A DNA stretch of 64,000 nucleotides from Somniosus microcephalus (Eukaryota): positions 240,622,001 to 240,686,000 of the forward strand of contig CM126205.1 in assembly GCA_052327205.1 (NCBI GenBank), written 5' to 3'. Both the position numbers and the translations under genes were made by a program. Numbering within the stretch: position 1 is the stretch's first letter; each line of letters starts with the position of its first letter. Positions 22,753-33,782 of this stretch are shown here, piece by piece. The notes beneath the pieces are model-generated. The model searched no databases. It was not told where the DNA came from and worked only from the letters and a program-made list of their open reading frames with translations.

Positions 22753-24937
22753 CATAAGAACATAAGAGCATAAGAAGTAGGAGCAGGAGTAGGCCATACG
22801 GCCCCTCGGGCCTGCTCCGCCATTCAATGCGATCATGGCTGATCCGAATCTAGACTCACGTCCACTTCCCTGCCCTCTCCCCGTAACCCCTAATTCCCTT
22901 GCCTGCTAGGAAACTGCCTATCTCTGTTTTAAATGTATTTAATGTTGCAGCTTCCACAGCTCTCTGGGGTAGCAAATTCCATAGATTTACTACCCTCTGT
23001 GAAGAAGTTTCTCCTCATCTCAGTTTTGAAAGGGCAGCCCCTTATTCTAAGATTATGCCCCCTAGTTCTAGTCTCACCCATCAGTGGAAACATCTTCCCC
23101 GAATCCACCCAATCAAGACCCCTCACAATCTTATATGTTTCGATAAGATCGCCTCTCATTCTTCTGAACTCCAATGAGTAGAGGCCCAACCTACTCAACC
23201 TTTCCTCATACGTCAACCCTCTCATCTCTGGAGTCAACCGAGTGAACCTTCTCTGAACCGCCTCGAGAGCAAGTATATCTTTTCTTAAATATGGAAACCA
23301 AAACTGCACGCAGTATTCCAGGTGTGGCCTCACCAATACCCTGTATAACTGCAGCAAGACCTCCCTGTTTTTATACTCCATCCCCCTTGCAATAAAAGCC
23401 AAGATTCCATTGGCTTTCCTGATCACCTGCTGCACCTGCATACTAACTTTTTGTGTTTCTTGCACCAGGACCCCCAGATCCCTTTGTAATGTAGCACTTT
23501 GCAGTTTCTCTCCATTTAGATAATAACTTGCTCTTTGATTTTTTCTGCCAAAGTGCATAACCTCACACTTTCCAATATTATATTCCATCTGCCAAATCTC
23601 TGCCCACTCACTTAGCCTGTCTATGTCCTTTTGCAGGTTTTTTATGTCCCCCTCACTCACTGCTTTCCCTCCCATCTTTGTATCGTCGGCAAATTTGGAT
23701 ACGTTGCACTCGGTCACTTCCTCCAAATCGTTAATATAGATTGTAAAGAGTTGGGGTCCCAGCACTGACCCCTGCGGAACACCACTAGTTACTGATTGCC
23801 ATCCTGAGAATGAACCATTTATCCCAACTCTTTGTTTTCTGTTAGATAGCCAATCTTCCACCCATGCCAGTATATGACCCCCAATCCCGTGATTTTTTAT
23901 CTTGATCAGTAATCACAGAAATCACAGAAACCCCACAGTGCAGATAGAGGCCATTTCGGCCCATCGAGCCTGCACCGACACATATCCCACCTGATCCCCG
24001 TAACCCCACGTATTTAATCCCCCGAACACTAAGGGTCAGTTTTATCATAGCCAATCAACCTAACCCGCACATCTTTGGACTGTGGGAGGAAACCAGAGCA
24101 CCCGGAGGAAACCCACGCAAACACGGGGAGAATGTGCAAACTCCACACAGACAGTCACCCGAGACCGGATTCGAACCCGGGTCCCTGGCGCTGTGAGGCA
24201 ACAGTGCTGTAATCTTTTGTGTGGAACCTTGTCAAATGCCTTTTGGAAGACCAGATACACTACATCCACTGGTTCCCCTTTATCTACCCTGTATGTTACG
24301 TCCTCAAAGAATTCGAGCAAATTTGTCAAACATGACTTCCCCTTCATAAAACCATGCTGACTCTGTCCTATTAAATTATGTTTATCCAAATGCTCTGTTA
24401 CTGTTTCCTTAATAATGGACTCCAACATTTTGCCAACCACAGATGTTAGGCTAACTGGTCTATAGTTTCCAGCTTTTTGTCTACTTCCCTACTTAAATAA
24501 GGATGTTACATTAGCAGTTTTCCAATCTGCCGGGACCTTTCCTGAGTCCAGGGAGTTTTGGAAAATAATCACCAATGCATCCATAATCCCTACCGCCACT
24601 TCTCTCAAGACCCTAGGATGTAGGTCATCAGGTCCGGGGGATTTATTCGTCTTAAGTCCCATTATTTTACCGAGTACCATCTCCTTAGTGATTTTAATCG
24701 TGTTTAGCTCCTCCCCCCCCTCCCCCCCCCCCCATTGCCCCCTGTTTGTCCAGTGTTGGGATATATTTAGTGTCCTCTACTGTAAAGACTGATACAAAAT
24801 ATTTGTTCAGCGTCTTTGCCATCTCCATGTTCCCCACCACTAGTTTCCTGGTCTCATCCTCTAAGGGACCAACGTTCACTTTAGCCACCCTTTTTCTTTT
24901 TATATAGCTGTAGAAACTCTTGCTATCTGTTTTTATA
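22753..24937 (-). mobile_element. CR1 LINE (family A), 5'-truncated, interrupted by an HE1-like SINE
   Basis: ORFs 22929-23861 (PQGSVLGP, KFADDTK), 24060-24440, 24489-24680 and 24694-24957. (TTCTTATG)n tail. Confidence 0.93.
23915..24208 (-). mobile_element. HE1-like V-SINE, slightly 5'-truncated
   Basis: GGGTTCGAATCC B box, V domain TGTGTGGAGTTTGCACATTCTCCCCGTG and CR1-type tail GGGCCGAAATGGCCT. Flanked by GTAATC direct repeats (23909-23914, 24209-24214). Confidence 0.88.
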
Positions 24938-26635
24938 CAAGTTCTTCCCTTTTTCACTGTTTTGAATTGATGGTGGATAGGTTACCTTTCTTGTGTCAGC
25001 TCCTACCCTAAGATCCTTCCTTGCCATGCCCAGCACTCTGCAACAGTGGTTTGGACAAGGCAAGAGATGGAATGCATAATCTGACAAGGAGGTTTTAATG
25101 CTGTTATCAAGCCACTTCTTGGTTTCACCCCTACTTCTCTGCCATCATATCCTCCTTTGAACAACTCACCACTTCCATCCCTCCTGACTATCACTAAAAT
25201 TCTTGTTGCGTACTGCCATCCTAAGCCCTGTGCCAACTTCCTCACTGAAATCATCTCCCTTCTCTCATTCTTTAGCCATGTCACTGAATAGGTAAATTCA
25301 GTTCTCAGTAGTATCTAAACAAATAACAGTTGGGTGATACAATATGCTACTCTACTTTTTACTTCGGGAACCTGCTTCAAGTTCATCCAAAGGGGATATA
25401 GATTTCTTCTGTGTGACAGCTTTTAAGGCTTCAAAATTCTGTGGCTTAGGGTAGTCTGGGTCTAATTTATTGTTACATGTGTATTCATAAACACAAAATT
25501 ATCCTCTTTTCAAAGGTTTTATGAATAGTGATTTCAGAAAGAATAAACAGTTGAGGTTTGAAGGAATGAAGATGATATCATGAGGCAAACAATGAAAAGA
25601 TGTTTAACTTCCCAGTGCTGAAACAATACACAATACAATTATAGCCAGCACAGTGGATCATTAAAGCAGAATCACAAAGTTATATATATTAGCCCAGAAT
25701 TTGCGGTCAGCAGTGAAGTGACGGTGCTCGCCGCTGACCCTCAAAGAAATCTGCCCAAAAAAATCTAGTGATCTCTGTGGCATAAATTTCAGCTCTCCTG
25801 ACATTAGCTTGAATCTGCCACCAAACCAAGTAAATCTCCAGTGTCCAACAACAGTGATGTCATCAAGCAGGCTAAGCAGCCAATCACTTTGAAGCATTCT
25901 CACAGACAGCAAACTAGGAAGTAAAATGCACAGGTTATAATTTACTTTTTATAAATTTTACAGAGAGCGAAATAAAGATTGGGACATACACATAGGATTA
26001 AGGTAGAAGCTGAAAAAAACTTTTTTTAAAGAATTATTATATTAAAAGCCATGTAATTCTTATCATAGTAAAGGAAAAATTTGACATTCCACAATATAAA
26101 ATTAGTTTTTCAGGGGAGAGAACAAGCTTAGGGGATCCAAAGAAATTGCTTCCAGGAGAGAAGTCAGCAAAACCTTTCAATTGTCCTCTGAAGATTACGG
26201 ACTGTTGTGATTCGTGGTTACATTATTTTAAAATGTTTAATTCAATTAAACTCTATTTATACTCTTTAATTTGGATTAGAATTGGATTAATCGTAGGTAT
26301 AAACTGAAGCACATCATTAGCTTCATGTAAATAGATTTGGATTTGATACAAAATACATTTTACATTAATTAAATAATTTGTTCAAAACAACTGGGGAAAT
26401 GTTATGCGATCTTATTACCTGTGGGACCTGGATTCAAATCCAGTCCAGATGAAGGGATAAAACAGCCTTCTTATACTAACCTTATTGTGCAAGTAAGACA
26501 CATTAAATAATAATTGCTGTAGTCATGCTGACTGCACAATTGAGTGCTTTGAAGCACAGAAGATTATTGCACATGCACAGACAAGTATGCACTGCAGAGA
26601 ATGTGCAGTATACACTTTGGACAAAGATGAAGCAC

Positions 26636-26800
26636 CAGTGTTCCCTGTAAGCTGCGTTTTGCTCTGCGTGGCCTGTTTCTTTTAATGCGCGGTCCCTTTA
26701 AATTTCTGCGCATGCACGGTATTTACAATGTAAAAGCCGGTGAGCGGCCTGCGCGGGACCTTGCAGATTACTGCGCGGCCGCACATTAGCGAGAATATTG
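26636..26800. mobile_element. hAT-like short MITE
   Basis: Imperfect TIRs CAGTGTTCCCTGTAA and TTAGCGAGAATATTG. Flanking direct repeat GAAGCAC / GAAGTAC. CpG-rich interior. Confidence 0.55.
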
Positions 26801-27454
26801 GAAGTACCAAGTGTATCCAGTCTGTATAATATGTTACACACACATCAGGGTTTAATTTCAATATAGCTTCAGAAGACTGTAGAAATTCAACCACATTATA
26901 CCTACCTGCACATTACTTGCCAGTTGGAGGGTGTCTGTAAGGATCGTGATGACATCATGATATGCATGACTATAGAGGGTTGTGACTTTCACAGCTGTTA
27001 AATTGGTAACAACACAATGTTACTATACAAGCAAATTCCTGCTGGAACTTAATAGAGTTGGCATAGTATGAGCCATATTTGATTTGGTAGCTCCTTACTG
27101 ATCTTTTTGTGCTGCACGACTACAACTGTAAATGTGGTGGGATAAGGACAAAAGTCTCCTCTGTCTTTTTGACATGAACAGTCTCAACACAACTCATGAA
27201 GGGCTTGAGTCCACAATAAAAGGCTGTTGATAAATTGCTACTAAATTAGCAGCTTTGTTTGAAAAAAAAACAAGAATGTGTGGTTCAGCAAACTTAAATT
27301 GTACCTGATTCAGGAATGGTTAAAGCTGACAATGTCTAGAAAAAAAATAACATCTTCCTTTCTGCCTGATTTTTTTGAATTAATCAAAAATTTATTTTAA
27401 AAATAGAATTGTCTATACTAATTATATACAATTTATAATTGTAGCTTATTACTA

Positions 27455-28106
27455 CAGGTACACTATCCCTTATCCGAAAGCCTTGGGACCAGCTGAGTTT
27501 TGGTTTTCGGAATTTTTCGGATTTCAGAAGGTATTATTATAAGACTGGGAAATTTGTATTTAATATAAATTTTAAAAGTTCAGGCTACCTCTTGCGACTG
27601 TTCCGTGTCTCATTCCCCTTCCTGCTTCTCTGGAAAGCGGGATATCGGCTGACTCCTACTAAGCTGGCCCGCAAATCAGGTCGGGTGGGGGGGGGAGAAA
27701 AGAATATCGGACGGGCCGCGGTTCAGGTCGGGGGGGTGGGGGGGTCGGGGGGGGGTCCGGGGGGGGGAGTCGGGAGGGAGAAAAGAATATCGGACGGGCC
27801 GCGGTTCGGGTTGGGGGGGGGGTCGGGTCGGGTGGGGGGGGGGAGAAAAGAATATCGGACGGGCCGCTGCAGCTATCGGACGGGCCGCTGTATTGTTGGG
27901 TTCACTCTCCCGGTACCTCCTTCACACTGCCCGGCTAGGCCTGCAATCTCCTACCCAGGAGGGAACTCTGTGACCCTCTGCCCTGCTCAGTGTAAGTCGT
28001 GCGCCACTCTGGTCATGTCGTGCGCACGACTTACGCTGAACGAAAAAACTTTTGGTTTTTAGAGGTTTTCAGTTTTCGGAAGTTCGGATAAAGGATAGTC
28101 TACCTG
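27455..28106. mobile_element. Tigger/pogo (Tc1-mariner) non-autonomous element with internal G-rich repeats
   Basis: 24-bp TIRs CAGGTACACTATCCCTTATCCGAA and TTCGGATAAAGGATAGTCTACCTG (22/24 match). TA on both sides. Confidence 0.88.
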
Positions 28107-28705
28107 TATTACAATAAAATGCATGATTTTTACACTTCAGATTATCTTAGCAAAGAGTATGGCAGTCCCACCAAGAGCTGATTTTCTGATTGCTTTAACT
28201 TTTCCTGTGATGTAAAGATGCCCAGTGTGATAGCTTCATGTGGATTAATAGGCACTGCAGCTGTGCAAGTTTAAAGTTTTAAAGTTAGGAAATTGTGCAT
28301 CTCCTTCTATTGCTGTAGATACCTGTTGAATGTTATCAATGGGCTCAATAGTCATGGAAATTAAATGCATTTGAGAAGAATTGTAAAAATATGATAAACC
28401 TAATGTAATGTAGAGCACATCAAACTGAGTTGTGTTGAAGTGAATTAGTATTTTTGCAAAGTTTATTTATTTTATTTATTGATTCATGGGATGTGGGCGC
28501 TGCTGGCAAGGCCAGCATTTATTGCCCTTGAGAAGGTGGTGGTGAGCCACCTTCTTGAACCATTGCAGTCTGTGTGGGGAAGGTACTCCCACAGTGCTGT
28601 TAGGGAGGGGGTTTCAGGATGTTCACCCAGTGACGATGAAGGAACGGCGATATATTTCCAGGTTAGGATGGTGTGTGACTTGGAGGGGAATTTGGAGGAG
28701 GTGAT

Positions 28706-28917
28706 TGTAGTGTATGTACCTTTAAGAGAGAACTACTTTTACAGCTCCTGTATACTGTAGTACCGGCAGTGACCACACCTGTATATAAACCCTGTGTAGG
28801 GATCTGTACTGTTAGTCTTTAGACTACCCTCATCCAGTAAACACCTGTTGATTGTTAATCTGCAGTCTCCGTCTATTTATTGAAGAACACCATACCTTAA
28901 GATTCACGGATTTAACA
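28706..28917 (+). repeat. 5' LTR
   Basis: TGTAG...TAACA with internal TATATAAA and AGTAAA. One mismatch to the 3' LTR. Confidence 0.97.
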
Positions 28918-28918
28918 G

Positions 28919-28929
28919 TGGCGACGAGG
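28919..28929 (+). promoter_or_regulatory. Primer-binding site, probably tRNA-Ser(GCU)
   Basis: TGGCGACGAGG lies one base after the LTR and is complementary to the ...CCUCGUCGCCA tRNA 3' end. Confidence 0.8.
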
Positions 28930-29567
28930 TCGATTCGAACCTACCTGCAACTCTGCATTTCCTCCCAGGGATTCGCTCCTGGAGGACAGTGGAAGAAAGT
29001 CGAGGCCAGAAGCACGGGCGTCGACCACGAGCAACCGCCCAGTCATCTGGCAGAGAGTGAGCATCGCAGGGGAGGCTGTTGAGAGCTGGGCTTGGTTCTC
29101 CAGCCACGACGATCCAGCAACAGGCTGGCAACAGGTACAGCGCAGACCCTTCCCGGACAGCGGTGGCTGGAGCCGACCGACGGCACAGAAAAGGCCGAGC
29201 AGCGTCGATGGGGTAAGAGAGAGGGTAAAGCGCACAGGGCGCAGCCGGGGTTGAAGACTGAGCGGCGTCGACGGAAAACAAAAAGAGAGAGAGGGTAAAA
29301 CACAGCCGGGGTTCAGGACCGAGCGGCGGCAACGAGAGAGGCGCACAGGAGAACGCGCAGAGCGCAGCCAGGGCTCAAGGGCTGAGCAGCGTCCACGGGG
29401 GAAGAAAGGAAACACGGGAGACGCCATTTGAGCCGCGGAGAAGAAGGGAGAGCGCGGGAGACGCCATTTTTGAAGCCGCAGCGGAGAAGAAGGGCGAGCG
29501 CGGGAAGAAGAGGAAGTGCGGGAGACGCCATTTTGAGCCAGCGGAGAAGAAGGGAGAGCCAAAGAGT

Positions 29568-32500
29568 GGCAGTGTCACAGCGTTCGACAATGAAGTCGAA
29601 GATTGGGCGACATATGTGGAACGCATTGAGGTGTACTGCAAGGCAAATGAAGTGCCAGATGCCAGGAAAGCACTGGTTTTGTTGAATTCCATGGGTGCAA
29701 AAACATACGGCTTACTGCGAAACCTAGTAACCCCAGAGAAGCCAGTGGATAAGGATTTTGAAAGCATAGTGGAAATCCTACAGGACCACTTAAACCCCAC
29801 ACCACTGCTGATAGCAGAAAGATTTAAGTTTCACAAAAGGAACCAGCATAAAGACGAAAGTAATGCTGAGTATTTAACGGAACTGCGCAAGCTATCGAAA
29901 CACTGCCAGTTTGGAATGGGACTAGCAGATACGTTAAGGGACAAGTTTGTGTGTGGGCTTCAAAGTGAAGGAACCCAGAAACGGTTCTATCAGAAAAGGA
30001 TCTTACGCTGGACAAGGCTTTCAGCATGGCAGTATCACACGAAGCAGCCACACGGGGCGCTGCAGAGATACAACGGAGACCGCAAGAATATGGCACCAAT
30101 GAAATGTCATATGGAGCAGGGAAGTGTTATCGCTGCGGCAGAACAACACACGACCAGAAGGATTGTTGGTTCAAGGACCAAGTGTGCAGACAGTGTGGAA
30201 AAGCAGGACACATAGCAAGAGTCTGCAGGTCGGGGAAGAAAACCAGCAGCAAGAAATTTCCACAGGAGAAGTACAAAGAGGTACATAAGGTGACGGAGAG
30301 TAGTTCAGACGAACAGAAAAGTGATACAGACTCCGGAAGCAAGGAGCTGGGTTGTCTGAAACTACATAATGTAATCAAAATGGAGGATCACCAAACTATC
30401 TGGGTCCTGCTCAAGATAGACGGAGCCCAAGTGAAAATGGAATTGGACACAGAATCAGCCCTAACAATCATAAACCGAAGGGACTACAAGCGGCTATTCT
30501 CACATATACCCTTGAGAGATCCAGAGATTGTCTTGAAGACGTACACGGGGCAAAAAGTCTACCCCAAAGGAAAAATAAGGGTGAACGTGATATACAACGG
30601 CCAGGAAACACCAAAAATGGACCTATATGTATTGCCAGATGGAGGACCACCACTACTAGGACGTGAATGGATCCGGAAGATACAGTTAGATTGGCATTCC
30701 ATACAGGCACTGACGGTAGAGGCCAAAAAGGATGACGACGTCACACCTGGACGACTGTCAAAAATGCTAAATGACGCACAAGAAGTGTTCCAGGAGGGAC
30801 TCGGAACACTAAAAGGCATAACAGCGACGATTAAAATAGAGGAAAACGCAAGCCCAAAGTTTTTTAAGGCCTTATGCGATCCGCCCAGCCGTCGAAGCAG
30901 AGCTGGAAGGTTTGGAACGTTCAGGAGTACTGTCCAAAGTGGACTGGAGTGAGTGGGCTACACCCATCGTTCCTGTAATGAAGAGGTCGTTGAGTAATAC
31001 GCCTGGGGAACCAAAGAAGGTTCGCATCTGTGGGGACTTTAAGGTGACAGTGAACCCAGTCCTTCACACGGTACAATATCCGCTTCCGCGGATTGAAGAT
31101 ATTTTCGCCTCGCTATCTGGAGGAAAACGCTTCACTAAGATTGATCTGGTCCAGGCGTACCTGCAAATGGAGGTAGAAGAAGCCTTGAAACAACACCTCA
31201 CGATCAACACTCACAAAGGTCTCTACCAATACAACTGGCTGGTGTTCGGGGTAGCATCAGCTCCGTCTATTTGGCAAAGGGCAATGGATCAAGTCCTGCA
31301 AGGGATTCCAGGGACCCAGTGTTATTTGGACGACATCCTGGTCACGGGCGAAAATTACAGTGATCACCTCGCCAACCTGGAGCAGGTGCTCACTAGATTG
31401 AAGGAATATGGGCTACGAGCTAATCGCCACAAATGCGAGTTTTTCCAGAAGCAGATCTCGTATTGTGGCCACGTTATTGATGAAGAGGGGTTACATAAGT
31501 CCCCTGAAAAGATTGAGGCAGTAGTCAAGGCTCCAGCACCGGAAAATGTGTCACAACTGAGGTCGTTCCTCGGGCTGGTGAACTACTACCATAAGTTCTT
31601 ACCAAATTTGTCTACAGTATTACACCCACTGAACACCCTACTGCAAACGGGGGCACCATGGAAGTGGAATGACGAATGTAAACGAGCTTTCCAGAAGTGC
31701 AAAAGAATTGATCACATCAAAAGAGGTGTTGGCTCATTTCAACCCAGCACTACCACTTCGGTTGGCGTGTGATGCATCACCCTATGGTATTGGAGCGGTG
31801 CTGTCGCACAAATTTCCAGACGGGTTGGAGAGGCCAGTAGCCTTTGCATCTCGGTCACTAACCTCAGATGAGCGCAACTACGCCCAGATTGACAGGGAGG
31901 CCCTCAGCCTAGTATGGGGAGTGAAAAAGTTCAACCACTATCTGCACGGGCAGAAGTTCACCTTGCTGACTGACCACCAACCACTTGTCTCCATCTTTAA
32001 TCCAAAGAAGGGCGTTCCGGTGATGACTGCGCAACGGCTACAAAGATGGTCCCTTTTTCTAGGGGCGAACCAATATGAAATAGAGTATAAGGGCACGAAA
32101 CAGCATGGAAACGCTGATGGGCTATCACGCCTGCCACTGCCTACTACGGAGGAAGTACCAGCAGTGGACCCTGTTGAAATATTTTATTCAACCATAATTG
32201 AACGCTTGCCAGTAACTAACGCGGATATAGAGAAGGAGACCCGAAATGATCCGACACTGTCTTGGGTATATGATTTGACGGTGAAGGGATGGCCAACACA
32301 TGGCGACTCACTGTTGCCAGCATTCTCATCCAGAAGAGAACAGCTGTCAGTATGCCAGGGGACAGTGATGTGTGGATCCCGAGTGGTAATTCCACCCAAG
32401 TTAAGGGAGAGAGTGCTCATTGAGCTTCACGAAGGCCATCTGGGAGGGGTGAAAATGAAAAGCCTTGCTAGGGCTTATGTGTGGTGGCCGGGGATCGATC

Positions 32501-33485
32501 AGCAAATTGAGGACCTGACAAAGAGCTGCTCAGGATGCCAGAAGGTCCAAAATGCACCACCACATGCCCCTCTACACCCATGGGAGTGGCCCTCCTCTCC
32601 ATGGCAACGGGTGCATATTGATTTTGCTGGTCCATTCATGGACTCAATGTTCTTAATAGCAGTGGATGCGCACTCGAAATGGCCTGAGGTGAGAAAAATG
32701 TCCTCCACCACTACGGAGAAAACGATTGCAGTCCTACGGACCATATTTGCCAGGAACGGCTTGCCAGAGCAGATTTGCTCTGATAACGGACCACAGTTTG
32801 TGTCCGAAGAGTTTCGGAAATTTATGAGAAGGAATGGGGTAAGGCATTACACATCCGCCCCGTATCATCCAGCCACAAATGGATTGGCTGAGAGGTTCGT
32901 ACAAACCTTTAAAAAGGCAGTAAGGGCCATGTGCGATGACGACATTCCACTGCAGCATAAGGTGGACAATTTCCTGTTAGCCTACAGAAATGCGACACAT
33001 GCAGTTACCAACCAGACCCCGGCCATGATGTTCTTTAACCGAAGGTTGAGATCTCGTCTGGATTTGCTCAGACCAAATGTGCGAAGAAATGTTGAGAATA
33101 AGCAATTCCAGTACATCAATGAGAAGCCGACAAGGAGCTTCAATGTAGGACAACCAGTCTTGGCCCGCAACTACCGAACAGAGAAATGGCAACCCGGAAT
33201 GATATGCACACGGCAGGGGCCACTAATGTGGATGTTGGGGAGAACATTGTGAGACGCCATGTCGATCAGATCCTAGCGTCACAGGAAAGAGTCAACCCCA
33301 TGTCTCGCGTACCTGGTGATGAACCCGACATACCGATAGCATCTACCCCAGAAACAGTAGCATCGGGAGCTGATGAACTAACCGACGACAGGGGGCCAGA
33401 ATCGCCTCCGCACCAAGAACAAGACACTCAGGAAAGGCGCTATCCAGAAAGGATCAGGAAGCCGCCCCAAAGACTGAATCTATAA
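29568..33485 (+). pseudogene. Gypsy gag-pol polyprotein, frameshifted
   Basis: Pieces 29616-30215, 30026-30952, 30912-31772, 31669-33252 and 33186-33485. Two CCHC knuckles, protease LDTES (normally DTG), RT YLDD, RNase H CDAS, integrase HEGH...CSGC and DDE. Frame breaks near 29985, 30870, 31690 and 33228; no gag ATG. Confidence 0.93.
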
Positions 33486-33556
33486 ATTGACTATTTCAGT
33501 TAATGTGCATGTTAAAAGTGTTAACTGTTATTTGAATGTTATGGTACTGTTAATCT

Positions 33557-33569
33557 AAAAGGGGAGGAA
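33557..33569 (+). promoter_or_regulatory. Polypurine tract
   Basis: AAAAGGGGAGGAA lies immediately before the 3' LTR. Confidence 0.9.
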
Positions 33570-33570
33570 T

Positions 33571-33782
33571 TGTAGTGTATGTACCTTTAAGAGAGAACTA
33601 CTTTTACAGCTCCTGTATACTGTAGTACCGGCAGTGACCACACCTGTATATAAACCCTGTGTAGGGATCTGTACTGTTAGTCTTTAGACTACCCTCATCC
33701 AGTAAACAGCTGTTGATTGTTAATCTGCAGTCTCCGTCTATTTATTGAAGAACACCATACCTTAAGATTCACGGATTTAACA
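33571..33782 (+). repeat. 3' LTR
   Basis: Direct repeat of 28706-28917. Confidence 0.97.

Larger units (their letters stand above)
28706..33782 (+). mobile_element. Full-structure Ty3/Gypsy (Mag-like) LTR retrotransposon
   Basis: Two 212-bp TG...CA LTRs, 5-bp TSD GTGAT (28701-28705, 33783-33787), PBS, PPT and gag-PR-RT-RH-IN order. Confidence 0.97.

Noticed and set aside
27592-28062. 156-aa Gly/Arg-rich ORF
   Set aside because: Product of the G-rich repeats inside the Tigger MITE.
28904-29800. Several long ORFs in the Gypsy leader (e.g. 216 aa on -)
   Set aside because: Low-complexity GC-rich repeats lack stops by composition; no env-like or other domain is visible.
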